Of a stretch of 64,000 bases of DNA, positions 1 through 7,994 are shown in pieces. Each line of letters begins with the position of its first letter. Within the stretch, counting starts at the first letter, position 1. Source of the DNA: Gemmatimonadota bacterium. Its GTDB lineage: Bacteria > Gemmatimonadota > Gemmatimonadetes > Gemmatimonadales > GWC2-71-9. Made by a program: the position numbers and the translations under genes. The stretch covers positions 406 to 64,405 of the forward strand of contig JANNSD010000034.1 in assembly GCA_031402225.1 (NCBI GenBank), read 5' to 3'. A model generated the notes under the pieces. The model saw only the letters and a list, made by a program, of their open reading frames with translations. It searched no databases and had not been told where the DNA came from.

Positions 1-1147
1 AGGAGTAGGAACCGAGGCTGTACGGATCCTGGTTCCAGCGGGTGACGAGGTACCCGCTGGGCTCGGGGATGTCCTTCCCGTACATCTTGCGCAGGCAGGC
101 CATGAGATCGGCCACGAGTTCGGTATCGCTGCGGAGCTCGTTCTTTTCACCCGCCGTGCCGGCACTGAACGCAAGCAGCACCGGCAGGTTGGCAATCTTG
201 TGGAAGTTGACGATCTCCGGCCAGTCGCAATCGGTGCTGCCCATGTAGCCGATCAATTCGTAGTCGCGATCCCAGAAGACCGAATCGAACTTGAGGAAGA
301 TCTTGTTGAAGACGCCCATGTGCGTGTGGCGAATGGCATCCCGCTTGGCGCGCGGCAGGCTGGGGTTGAAGGCAATCTTCCCGGCGCGCAGGACGCCGAG
401 CGGCACCGTCACGAGCACATGGTGGGCGTGGAAGCTGCCCTGGTTGGTGAGGACGTCAACCACGTCACCCGAATAGTCGACCTGCCGGACCTCGTGGCCG
501 AGCCGGACGGCCGTGTCACGCGCGAGGGCGTCGATGACCTGGGCGTAGCCGTCGGGGAAGACGCGGTCATGCCCGGCGAAGTGCCGGGCCTTGTCGTATT
601 CGAGCAGAGACACATCGGCCCGCGCGCCGGCCCATTCATGCTCGAGATAGGTCCGGGCGATGAAATTCAGCCGCCGCCGCTGCTCGGCGTCGAATCCCTC
701 GCTGTCGGCAAAGGCCTCCTCCACGGCGAGGAGGGACATCTCGTTCCCCTCCTTCTGCTTGAGGGCGATGAAGTCGAGGTAGTCGGCCATCATCTCGGAA
801 ATGGCGACTGTCTCCGGGCCGCTCAGGCGACGGCCGTCCTGGTCGTACAGGGCGACCGAGCGATAGCGGGCCGGGGTGACACTGGAGATGTCGGTGCGGA
901 GAATGTCGATGCTGTGGTGCCGGGCCAGCCGGGCGATCGGGTTGTTCTCGAATCCGTGGATCCAGGATGCGCCCAGGTCGGCGGGCACACCGAGATCATG
1001 TGAGGTCCAGATCCTTCCGCCGATGCGGTCGCGCGCCTCGAGCACGATGACCTCGTATCCGTCGACGCCCAGGTCGCGGGCGGCGGTGAGCCCGGCGATC
1101 CCGGCCCCGATGACGATGACTTCACATGACGTGTCGCTGACGGGCAT
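1..1147 (-). CDS. Flavin-containing amine oxidase (polyamine/monoamine oxidase-like); C-terminus lies beyond the window edge
   Basis: Absent from the ORF track because it is open at position 1. Own translation from ATG 1147..1145: MPVSDTSCEVIVIGAGIAGLTAARDLGVDGYEVIVLEARDRIGGRIWT...GASWIHG...LVTRWNQDPYSLGSYS. It has a GxGxxG FAD fold plus amine-oxidase body motifs. Confidence 0.85.
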   Translation of the reverse strand, partial: MPVSDTSCEVIVIGAGIAGLTAARDLGVDGYEVIVLEARDRIGGRIWTSHDLGVPADLGASWIHGFENNPIARLARHHSIDILRTDISSVTPARYRSVALYDQDGRRLSGPETVAISEMMADYLDFIALKQKEGNEMSLLAVEEAFADSEGFDAEQRRRLNFIARTYLEHEWAGARADVSLLEYDKARHFAGHDRVFPDGYAQVIDALARDTAVRLGHEVRQVDYSGDVVDVLTNQGSFHAHHVLVTVPLGVLRAGKIAFNPSLPRAKRDAIRHTHMGVFNKIFLKFDSVFWDRDYELIGYMGSTDCDWPEIVNFHKIANLPVLLAFSAGTAGEKNELRSDTELVADLMACLRKMYGKDIPEPSGYLVTRWNQDPYSLGSYS

Positions 1148-1167
1148 CGAGCGAAATCCTTCCAGTC

Positions 1168-1962
1168 TCAGGGAAGTGTGAGCAGGGATGCGCGGCGCCG
1201 GAAGAGGCCGATGAGGAACACGAGCATGCCCGCCGCCGCGACGAGGTGCTTCAGGGCATGGCCGCTCACGAGGCCGGTGGTGGAGAGGACCTGCCCGTCC
1301 AGCAGCTCGAACAGTTTCGCGATGGCGTACGCCGCCACGAGCGCCCACACATACCCTGTGGGCCGGAGCGCCGGGGGATACGCGAGGACGATAACCGGGA
1401 TCAGCAGCATCGGGAGGTATTGCACGAGCACGTAGAGGCGGAGATCACCACCGGTACCGTTGTCCGAGAGCCACCAGGCCAGGACCGACGCGACGCCCAC
1501 GCCGAGCAGCGGCAGGAGGAGGCGCGCCCCAAGGCGGGGGCTGATGTGCTCGCCGAGAATGATCGCGAAGAAGGCCATGAAGGCGATGGTCATGGGCATC
1601 CGGTCCCACACCAGCGTCTGGTTTGACGGCGCGAGGTGATACCAGGCGGAGCCGGGAAAGAGCAGGGTCGCACCGAGGAAGAAGGTCAGGTAGGCGGCGC
1701 GAAGCGCCGGAAGGCCGCCGGCGGGCACGCCGCGCCGCAGGGCGACGAGGCCGGCCACGCCCACCAGGAAGAACGGCAGGTTCGACAGGGTGTTGGAGAA
1801 ATTCGGGATGCCGAAGAGTGATCGCTGGTCCGCGAAGGCGTGGTAGCTGGCGGACTGGGGAATGGGGCCGAGCCAGAGCAGGGCGATCACGGCAGCTGCG
1901 GCAATGGTGATCAGCAGGGCGGGGCGGGCATCGGGGACAGCGTTGTTTGTCAGGGTCGGCAC
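1168..1962 (-). CDS. Multi-pass membrane protein, ceramidase-like (alkaline phytoceramidase-type family), tentative
   Basis: 264-aa ORF with several hydrophobic helices. Motifs YHAFADQR, GIPNFSNTLSNLPF, SAWYHLAPSN and VWDRMPM are recalled from bacterial ceramidase-domain proteins. It lies 20 nt downstream of the amine oxidase gene. Confidence 0.5.
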   Translation of the reverse strand: MPTLTNNAVPDARPALLITIAAAAVIALLWLGPIPQSASYHAFADQRSLFGIPNFSNTLSNLPFFLVGVAGLVALRRGVPAGGLPALRAAYLTFFLGATLLFPGSAWYHLAPSNQTLVWDRMPMTIAFMAFFAIILGEHISPRLGARLLLPLLGVGVASVLAWWLSDNGTGGDLRLYVLVQYLPMLLIPVIVLAYPPALRPTGYVWALVAAYAIAKLFELLDGQVLSTTGLVSGHALKHLVAAAGMLVFLIGLFRRRASLLTLP

Positions 1963-2098
1963 GACGTCTCATTGGGGTTTGCGGTCGCTGCAAGGTACGG
2001 ATGAAGGGGAGGGTGGGGAAGGCTGCGGGCGAGTCACCGTTCGCGACAGCGCGTGAAGGTTCTTGGTGGCGGTCCGACCCGGCGCTAGCTTTGAGGCC

Positions 2099-2344
2099 AT
2101 GTCGCCGCTGAACCCGATCGCCCTCGAAGACTACTGCGACCCGGAGTGGGCCGAATGGTACCGAATGTCCCCGGCGGAGCGGTGGGCCGAGAGCGGCCGC
2201 TTGTGGGCGGCCTACCTTGCGCTGGGAGGGTCGCTTGATCCCGAGCCCGATACCCAGAGTCCTTTCTTCGATCCGTCGGCACCGGGTCGGGGCCCTGCTG
2301 ATGGGAGGCCAGGCGTGCGTGTTGTACGGCGCGGCGGAGTTTAG
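2099..2344 (+). CDS. Small hypothetical protein (MSPLNPIALEDYCDPEWAEWYRMSPAERW...)
   Basis: ATG at 2099 inside track ORF 2063..2344. The N-terminal 55 aa look protein-like, but the last 128 nt overlap the next ORF in another frame, so the true end is uncertain. Confidence 0.3.
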   Translation: MSPLNPIALEDYCDPEWAEWYRMSPAERWAESGRLWAAYLALGGSLDPEPDTQSPFFDPSAPGRGPADGRPGVRVVRRGGV

Positions 2345-2984
2345 CCGCGACATCGACCTCGCCCTGCTGGCCGACCCTGACAATCTCGCGCGGTTGCGGG
2401 CGGCGATGATCGAACTCGACGCTTCGCCCATTGCCGTTCCGCCGCTCAGCCTCGAATACCTCGTGCGGGGGCACGCGGCCCACTTTCGCTGTGCCGCGCC
2501 ATGGGCAGCCGGCATTCGCGTCGACCTCATGTCGGTGCTGCGTGGCGTCGGGCCGTTCAAGGAATTGTGGGAGCGACGGACGACCCTCGCGATCGGCGCC
2601 GACGAGGTCGACCTGCTCAGCCTCCCGGACCTTGTCCGCGCGAAGAAGACCCAGCGCGACAAGGACTGGCCGATGATTCGGCGGCTGGTCGAGGCGGACT
2701 ACTTCGCCCACCGTGACGACATGACGTCCGCGCGCGTCAGCTTCTGGCTGGCGGAGCTTCGGAGTCCGTCGCTGCTGGTGGAACTGGTCGCGTTGCATCC
2801 CAGCGAAGCCGCCCTCGCGTCCCGGCCGGCGGTGATCGCGGCGTCGCGGTCCGATGTCGCGGCAGTCGAGCGCGAGCTCGCGCTCGAGCAGGCCGCTGAG
2901 GTCGCCGCGGATCGCGAATACTGGGCGCCGCTCAAGCGGGAACTCGAATTGCTCCGCCGATCGAGACCACGCGACGTCCGGTGA
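2217..2984 (+). CDS. Nucleotidyltransferase-fold protein (minimal NTase / AbiEii-like), uncharacterised
   Basis: The segment RHRVGALLMGGQACVLYGAAEFSRDIDLAL resembles the GG-x-A-x4-G...DxD signature of minimal nucleotidyltransferases. Start is uncertain (TTG 2217 or ATG 2301). Confidence 0.5.
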   Translation: MRWEGRLIPSPIPRVLSSIRRHRVGALLMGGQACVLYGAAEFSRDIDLALLADPDNLARLRAAMIELDASPIAVPPLSLEYLVRGHAAHFRCAAPWAAGIRVDLMSVLRGVGPFKELWERRTTLAIGADEVDLLSLPDLVRAKKTQRDKDWPMIRRLVEADYFAHRDDMTSARVSFWLAELRSPSLLVELVALHPSEAALASRPAVIAASRSDVAAVERELALEQAAEVAADREYWAPLKRELELLRRSRPRDVR

Positions 2985-3033
2985 CGGCTATCCTCCCGCA
3001 GCACCTCAGCGGCGCCCCGTGCACGGTCGAGGC

Positions 3034-3393
3034 CTATCCGGTCCGCAACCGATAATTGATCAGTACGATGAGCACGGACAGCGTCAACAACGCCAGAGAA
3101 GGCAGCATCTTGGCGACCGGGTTCCTGACCCTCAGGTGTGTCATGAACGCGACGACCATGAGCAGGCTGAGGCCGATCCCGCCCGCGATCGCGAACTGCC
3201 TGCGGTCAATGCCAATCAGCAGCATCAATGAGAGGGTCAGCTTGACTATGCCCACTGAATCCCGTAGCCAGTCAGGAAGCTTCCACTGCTTGAATTCCAG
3301 GACGATGTTTGGATAACGGACTACCCATACGAAGAAGACCGCTGCGGCAACCAGGGCCTGCAGCGCAATCACAAGATCCTGTAAACCGATCAC
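3034..3393 (-). CDS. DoxX-like small membrane protein, paralog copy 1
   Basis: 119 aa from GTG 3393, preceded by GGAGGCAGG; four hydrophobic helices; about 90% identical to 9764..10123. Track ORF 3034..3594 over-extends the N-terminus. Confidence 0.6.
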   Translation of the reverse strand: MIGLQDLVIALQALVAAAVFFVWVVRYPNIVLEFKQWKLPDWLRDSVGIVKLTLSLMLLIGIDRRQFAIAGGIGLSLLMVVAFMTHLRVRNPVAKMLPSLALLTLSVLIVLINYRLRTG

Positions 3394-3420
3394 ACCTGCC
3401 TCCGCCGATGATTGCAGTGA
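3036..3420 (-). repeat. 385-bp direct repeat, copy 1 (DoxX-like gene plus RBS/leader)
   Basis: By-eye alignment with 9766..10150 at a constant offset of 6730 nt gives roughly 90% identity, and the flanks diverge immediately outside. Confidence 0.85.
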
Positions 3421-3474
3421 AGAAAGTGAAACGCTGATGTGGCGTGCACGCTCCAGCAAAACTAGCACAAGCCG

Positions 3475-4560
3475 ATGACGCCCGCGCAACTGCAGCTCGG
3501 CCGCCGCCGATTGTGGCTCGGTATCACGAATGTCGGCTTCTGGGTGCTGGCCGCCTGCGCCGGGCTTTCCTGGCTCGTGATCGGCCGCGACCACGCGCCC
3601 GGCGGGCGGCTGCTACTTGCACTCGGCGCCGGCGCGGTTGCGGTGCAAGGAATCTTCGATGTGATCGGTGGGCTGATGTTGATGCCCGCGCCGCGCCCGT
3701 CCCTCATGGCGTTCCTGCTCCGCTGGTCGCGCGGAATGCTCGGCCATACGCTCGTGCTGGCCGGCGTGGGAATCGTGAGTACGATCAGTCTGCGGCTCAC
3801 GGGCGGTTTCGGCGCAGGCATCGCGTTCGCGATGTCGGCGCTGGCGCTCAGCCGGCGGCCTCTCTTGCGCGTCATCGGCGGCGCCGCGAGCACGGAGCTC
3901 ACGCACGATGGGGCCAGGATGTTCACCGTCGCGGTCGACGACCCGGCCTTCACCGGCGGGATCGTCGGGCTCGGTGGTGGTGCAAGAAGCCTGCTGCCGG
4001 CGAGCTGGCTGGCCACGTTGCCAAAGGAGGAACTCGATGCCGAATTGAGCCGGCGTCGATGGCAGATCACGAACGCGCTGCCGGCCCGCGCCTTCGCGCT
4101 GATCCTGCTCTGGAGTTTGCTGGGCACGTTCACCGGCACGCATATCTTCCACCTCGCCGAGCGCACGCCAGCCATGGCACTCTTTGCCCACGCGTGCTGG
4201 ATGACCCTCTGGGCCTTCGCCAGCCTGCTGGTGCTGCCCAGTGTGAGTCGCAAAGCGGTGTTCGCCGCCGATCGCGCCGCCGCCGAGTCCGGACACGATC
4301 CTCGCGCCTGGATCACGCGCTTTCCCGACCTCGTTGGTGAAGACGGTAGTTCCAATGACGCGGTGCAGGCCATCTTCTACCCGGTCCCGTCCGCCGAGCG
4401 GCGCCTGGGTCGGTTGGGGCGTCCAACCACCGGCCTGATCCCGGGCAATCTCGCGCGCAACAATCTCTACTACTCGTGGGCCACCTTCACCTTGCTCGGC
4501 CGCGCCGTTCATTGCAATGCCGGCCGGCCCGCGCTCTGGGTCTTTCCTCCATCGGCGTGA
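3475..4560 (+). CDS. Hypothetical polytopic membrane protein
   Basis: 361-aa ORF with high GC3 and several long hydrophobic segments. I recognised no catalytic motif. It is divergent from DoxX-like copy 1. Confidence 0.5.
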   Translation: MTPAQLQLGRRRLWLGITNVGFWVLAACAGLSWLVIGRDHAPGGRLLLALGAGAVAVQGIFDVIGGLMLMPAPRPSLMAFLLRWSRGMLGHTLVLAGVGIVSTISLRLTGGFGAGIAFAMSALALSRRPLLRVIGGAASTELTHDGARMFTVAVDDPAFTGGIVGLGGGARSLLPASWLATLPKEELDAELSRRRWQITNALPARAFALILLWSLLGTFTGTHIFHLAERTPAMALFAHACWMTLWAFASLLVLPSVSRKAVFAADRAAAESGHDPRAWITRFPDLVGEDGSSNDAVQAIFYPVPSAERRLGRLGRPTTGLIPGNLARNNLYYSWATFTLLGRAVHCNAGRPALWVFPPSA

Positions 4561-4576
4561 CGCGATGACGGGTTTG

Positions 4577-5629
4577 TTACGGGTGCGGAATCGCATCGCC
4601 CTTCGTCCGGACCGCCTGGGCCGCCGCCCACCCCGAGAGCGCCGCGCCTTCGACGCGCGGGCCTGCGAAGGCGTCTCCCGCGAGCACGAGCGGCGGTGAC
4701 TGGCACACGAGGACGCAAGGCGCTGCATCAACCCGCATCGGCTTGCTGTAGCGCCAGGCGTGCACCTGGAACGTGGTGATCGCTGCGCCGAGCCATGGCG
4801 TTGCTGCGTCCAGCAGCGCGCGCCCGCTTTCCTGCCGGTCGCGATCCCAATGCTGCAGGCTGAAACCATGCGTAGCGTGAATCGTCACGGCTGCCTTGGC
4901 GGAGATTCCCTTCATCTGATTGTCCGACATCCACGCGATCGGTCCGTCGGCCGGCGCAATGCCGCCCGGAGGCGGGATACGCGACGGAGCGTCGAGCACT
5001 GCCATGACGGCGAGGCAGCGCTCGTACTCGATCGCGGCGAGACGCACCTGCATGGCCGGCGAGAGAACGATGCCGCCAGCGTCCAGCATCGCGAGCGCCT
5101 GTGGCACGGGCGGCGTCAGCACAACGGCTCCCGCGGTGAACGTGCGGCCCGTGACGGTTGCCGCGTGCCAACGATCCCCGATGTGGCGCAAGGCAACCAC
5201 CGTCATCTCGAGGTGCAGATCGAGTCCGAGCGCGAGATGCCTGGCCAGGGCCGACATCGCAGGTTGTCCGCGCCAGCGTGCGTGACCGTCTGCGCCGCCC
5301 GCGAAACCACGGCACCATTCCTCCGCCACTCCGCAATGCCGTGCTTGCTCCAGCAAGGCGGCGAAGCGCGGGTCGCGCGTGGTGATAAACTGCGCTCCGT
5401 AGTCGAACGTCGCACCATCAATCCGCCGGCTCGCGAGGCGCCCGCCTACGCCGCGGCCCTTGTCGAGCACGAGGACGCGGCGACCCGCGCGCTGCAGTTC
5501 CACCGCCGCGACCAGCCCCGCCATCCCGGCGCCGATGACCAGCACGTCCGCACTCTGCCCAGGCTGCATGCATGCTCCGGAAGGAACTCGTGACATCGCC
5601 GCGGCCGACGTGCTCAGGGGTGTCACCAA
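4577..5629 (-). CDS. NAD(P)/FAD-dependent oxidoreductase (renalase-like, COG3380-type)
   Basis: DVLVIGAGMAGLVAAVELQRAGRRVLVLDKGRGVGGRLASRR dinucleotide fold. The more likely start is ATG 5569 (MQPGQSADVLVIGAG). Confidence 0.8.
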   Translation of the reverse strand: MVTPLSTSAAAMSRVPSGACMQPGQSADVLVIGAGMAGLVAAVELQRAGRRVLVLDKGRGVGGRLASRRIDGATFDYGAQFITTRDPRFAALLEQARHCGVAEEWCRGFAGGADGHARWRGQPAMSALARHLALGLDLHLEMTVVALRHIGDRWHAATVTGRTFTAGAVVLTPPVPQALAMLDAGGIVLSPAMQVRLAAIEYERCLAVMAVLDAPSRIPPPGGIAPADGPIAWMSDNQMKGISAKAAVTIHATHGFSLQHWDRDRQESGRALLDAATPWLGAAITTFQVHAWRYSKPMRVDAAPCVLVCQSPPLVLAGDAFAGPRVEGAALSGWAAAQAVRTKGDAIPHP

Positions 5630-5950
5630 GGTGCCGCCGCCGTGGCTAGCCCGTGATACATGGGGAGTCGGGTTTCAACTGGGAACTCGAGATGACACCG
5701 GCCCAGGGAATTGTACAATGGCGCTTGACAATCGCCCCGACGTCGGCACTTTCACGTCGTCGGATCGGCTCAATCCCGGCTTGCCCGATGCCACGAGACG
5801 GCCGCCCGCGCCCGCCCGCCGGTCCTTGCAAGGCCGGAAATCGCGCCGTATCTTCCCGCCCGATTGAGGTTTCTTCCCCCCTGAAGATCCTGCCCAGCTG
5901 AGTAGCCCAAATTCTCTACGCTTTGAACTTCAATTGGGAATATCCTAACA

Positions 5951-6136
5951 ATGTTCAAGAGATTCTCGCTCACTGACAAATTACTGTTCGTTGCCGCGTT
6001 CCTTTCACTCATCTTTTCGGAGATTGTCTTTTTCAGTGGGCAGAAACTGGACGCGATCTTCGTCGGAATTTGGGTTCCCTCCATTCTCGGCTTCGGCATC
6101 TATTTGAAGCTGATCGGCAGCACGAAAAATGAGTGA
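5951..6136 (+). CDS. Small membrane protein (61 aa, two hydrophobic helices) in a low-GC islet
   Basis: MFKRFSLTDKLLFVAAFLSLIFSEIVFFSGQKLDAIFVGIWVPSILGFGIYLKLIGSTKNE. Local GC is clearly below the window average. Confidence 0.4.
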   Translation: MFKRFSLTDKLLFVAAFLSLIFSEIVFFSGQKLDAIFVGIWVPSILGFGIYLKLIGSTKNE

Positions 6137-6257
6137 CTTGATTCCCTATTTCGCAGGGCTCATCATGGTCCTGTTCGGAATCGCTTTTGGCGCGGCATTG
6201 CAGGCTCTTAGAAAGTTGGACAAAGAATCTCCGGCGCCTCCGGTCACGGCCAAGTGA
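6129..6257 (+). CDS. Small membrane protein (42 aa, one helix), overlapping the previous ORF by 8 nt
   Basis: Own translation (below the track cutoff): MSDLIPYFAGLIMVLFGIAFGAALQALRKLDKESPAPPVTAK. The ATG lies within the AATGAGTGA end of the upstream ORF. Confidence 0.3.
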   Translation: MSDLIPYFAGLIMVLFGIAFGAALQALRKLDKESPAPPVTAK

Positions 6258-6301
6258 TCGAAACCAGATCTTCAGGGTGACATGGATCGTGCGCGGCCCG
6301 G

Positions 6302-6340
6302 TTGAACGCACCAGGCTGAACGCACCATGTTGAACGCACT
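6302..6340 (+). promoter_or_regulatory. Three direct repeats (T/C)TGAACGCAC at 14-nt spacing just upstream of dps
   Basis: Copies at 6302, 6316 and 6330, followed by GATATT and GGAGG (6352-6356) and the dps ATG at 6362. Candidate operator/promoter; function not established. Confidence 0.3.
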
Positions 6341-6361
6341 ACATTGATATTGGAGGCCGAT

Positions 6362-6832
6362 ATGAAGCAACAGCCCGTGACCCGCCCCTCGACGAATGCT
6401 CGGCTGACCGAGAGCCTGAACCAGGTCCTCGCCGATTCCTACGCCCTGCTGTCGCTCACCCATCTTGCCCACTGGAACGTTGAGGGGCCGGGCTTCTTCG
6501 CGCTGCACACCGCCTTCCAGACGCAGTACGAAGAGCTGTTCATGGCGATCGACGAGGTTGCCGAGCGCATCCGCGCGCTTGACGCCTACGCGATCGGGGG
6601 CCTCGGGACGCTGGCCCAGACCGCGCAGATGAAGGAGTTCGTGTCGCCGCTGGCGCAGGAGGAGTACGTCCGTGCGCTCATTGCCGCGAACGAGAAGCTC
6701 CTGTCGGACGCCGCGCGCGCGCGCGAGGTCGCGGGCGAGGCCGGTGACGCGGAGAGCCAGGACCTGATGATCGGCCGGATCACCCTTCACCAGAAGACGG
6801 TCTGGATGCTGAAGAGCTACCTGAAAGCCTGA
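6362..6832 (+). CDS. dps: Dps (DNA starvation/stationary-phase protection protein, ferritin-like)
   Basis: LNQVLADSYALLSLTHLAHWNVEGPGFFALHTAFQTQYEEL...DEVAERIRALD is the canonical Dps ferroxidase-site region. Start chosen at MKQQ (6362) with a GGAGG RBS. Confidence 0.9.
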   Translation: MKQQPVTRPSTNARLTESLNQVLADSYALLSLTHLAHWNVEGPGFFALHTAFQTQYEELFMAIDEVAERIRALDAYAIGGLGTLAQTAQMKEFVSPLAQEEYVRALIAANEKLLSDAARAREVAGEAGDAESQDLMIGRITLHQKTVWMLKSYLKA

Positions 6833-6860
6833 CGCACGGCACCGTTGCGGTCGCCCGCTA

Positions 6861-7313
6861 ATGGAATCCTCTGATCACGAACGCTTCATGCGTCGGGCCA
6901 TAGCGCTGACGGCCAACTGTCCCCGACTGCCCTTCAGCGCGCTGATCGTGTCCGACGAGACGGGTGAGGTAGTGGCCGAGGGGTGGAACAAGTCGGCGCT
7001 CAATCCGACGTGGCACGGGGAGATCGACGCCATGAACCGTCTCGCCGAATCGGGTCGCGGCGACCGCGGGTCCGGCCTCGTCCTCTATACCACCGCGGAG
7101 CCGTGCCCCATGTGCCAGGCGGCCATCCTGTGGAGCGGCATCGGTACGGTGGTGTTCGGTTCCTCGATCCGCTTCCTGCAGCAGCAGGGCTGGCGGCAAA
7201 TCGACATCCTCGCCGACGAAGTGGTGCGCCGGAGCCCGGGATGGGCATGTGCGATCATCGGCGGCGTGCTCGAACAGGAGTGCAACGCCCTGTTCGCGTC
7301 TCCGCCCAGCTGA
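6861..7313 (+). CDS. Nucleoside/nucleotide deaminase (CMP/dCMP-type zinc deaminase, TadA/guanine deaminase-like)
   Basis: HGEIDAM (HxE) and TAEPCPMCQAAI (PCxxC) zinc-binding motifs. Confidence 0.85.
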   Translation: MESSDHERFMRRAIALTANCPRLPFSALIVSDETGEVVAEGWNKSALNPTWHGEIDAMNRLAESGRGDRGSGLVLYTTAEPCPMCQAAILWSGIGTVVFGSSIRFLQQQGWRQIDILADEVVRRSPGWACAIIGGVLEQECNALFASPPS

Positions 7314-7369
7314 TCGGCCGCCGGCAGCGAGGGGAGAGAGACCCCCGAACCCGGAACGACTACCTGTAC

Positions 7370-7726
7370 TCAAGCTGGGGTCGCTCGCCCCAGCGCATAC
7401 CAGGCGATGAACAGGTTGACGCACATCAGCACCAGGGCTGGCAGCGTCTGCGCGAGCGAGTCGAGCACGCGGATGCGGGTAGCAACGCCCAGGAGCATCA
7501 TCAGGGCGAGGCCGCCGGCGCTGAGCGGCACGAGGGGTGGCCAGATCTGGCCGACGATCAGACCAACGGCGCCGAGCACCTCAAGGGTGCCCGTGAGGAT
7601 CCGGAGGCGACTGATGCCGAATCGCTCAAAATCACGCTTCATGCCGTTCATGGACAGGCACGCAATGCCATAGAACAGGAACAGCGTGGACGACACGAAG
7701 ATCGACACATGATAGAACAACGTCAC
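7370..7726 (-). CDS. DoxX-like family membrane protein (DoxX_2-type)
   Basis: 118 aa with four helices. The segment FERFGISRLRILTGTLEVLGAVGLIVG is typical of small DoxX-like proteins. Confidence 0.6.
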   Translation of the reverse strand: MTLFYHVSIFVSSTLFLFYGIACLSMNGMKRDFERFGISRLRILTGTLEVLGAVGLIVGQIWPPLVPLSAGGLALMMLLGVATRIRVLDSLAQTLPALVLMCVNLFIAWYALGRATPA

Positions 7727-7994
7727 AGAGCGTCAGCCTCCAGACAACGACGTGGGTACACAGTGGACCGTCGCGCCTGCCGCCCATCGAGTATCCCGGG
7801 CACTACCTGGTAGAGCTCGAGGGCTACGACGCGGGGTTGGATGAGGTCGATGATGGCGTCTGGTCGAAGGTGCTCAGTGGTCAGCCGGAGCTTTCTTCAT
7901 GACACGTCGCGGAACACGTCCTCGTCGGTCCTGGCCCCCGCTTGTGCTCGATTTGTCCATGCTCCCTCCGTGGCAACCTCGGCTCCGGCCCGCA

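Noticed and set aside
1445-2662. 405-aa minus-strand ORF spanning two real genes
   Set aside because: It is extremely Arg/Pro/Ala-rich. It overlaps the ceramidase-like gene in another frame and the NTase region antisense.
3394-3594. N-terminal extension of track ORF 3034..3594
   Set aside because: Similarity to the paralog at 9764..10123 begins only at the GTG at 3393 with a conserved RBS. The upstream part is not conserved between the copies and overlaps the divergent gene's start region.
5725-5760. TTGACA followed by a weak -10-like sequence, considered as a promoter
   Set aside because: The -10 candidate (ACTTTC) is poor. The TTGCAA/TATCTT pair at 5826..5854 is a better candidate and is itself only speculative.
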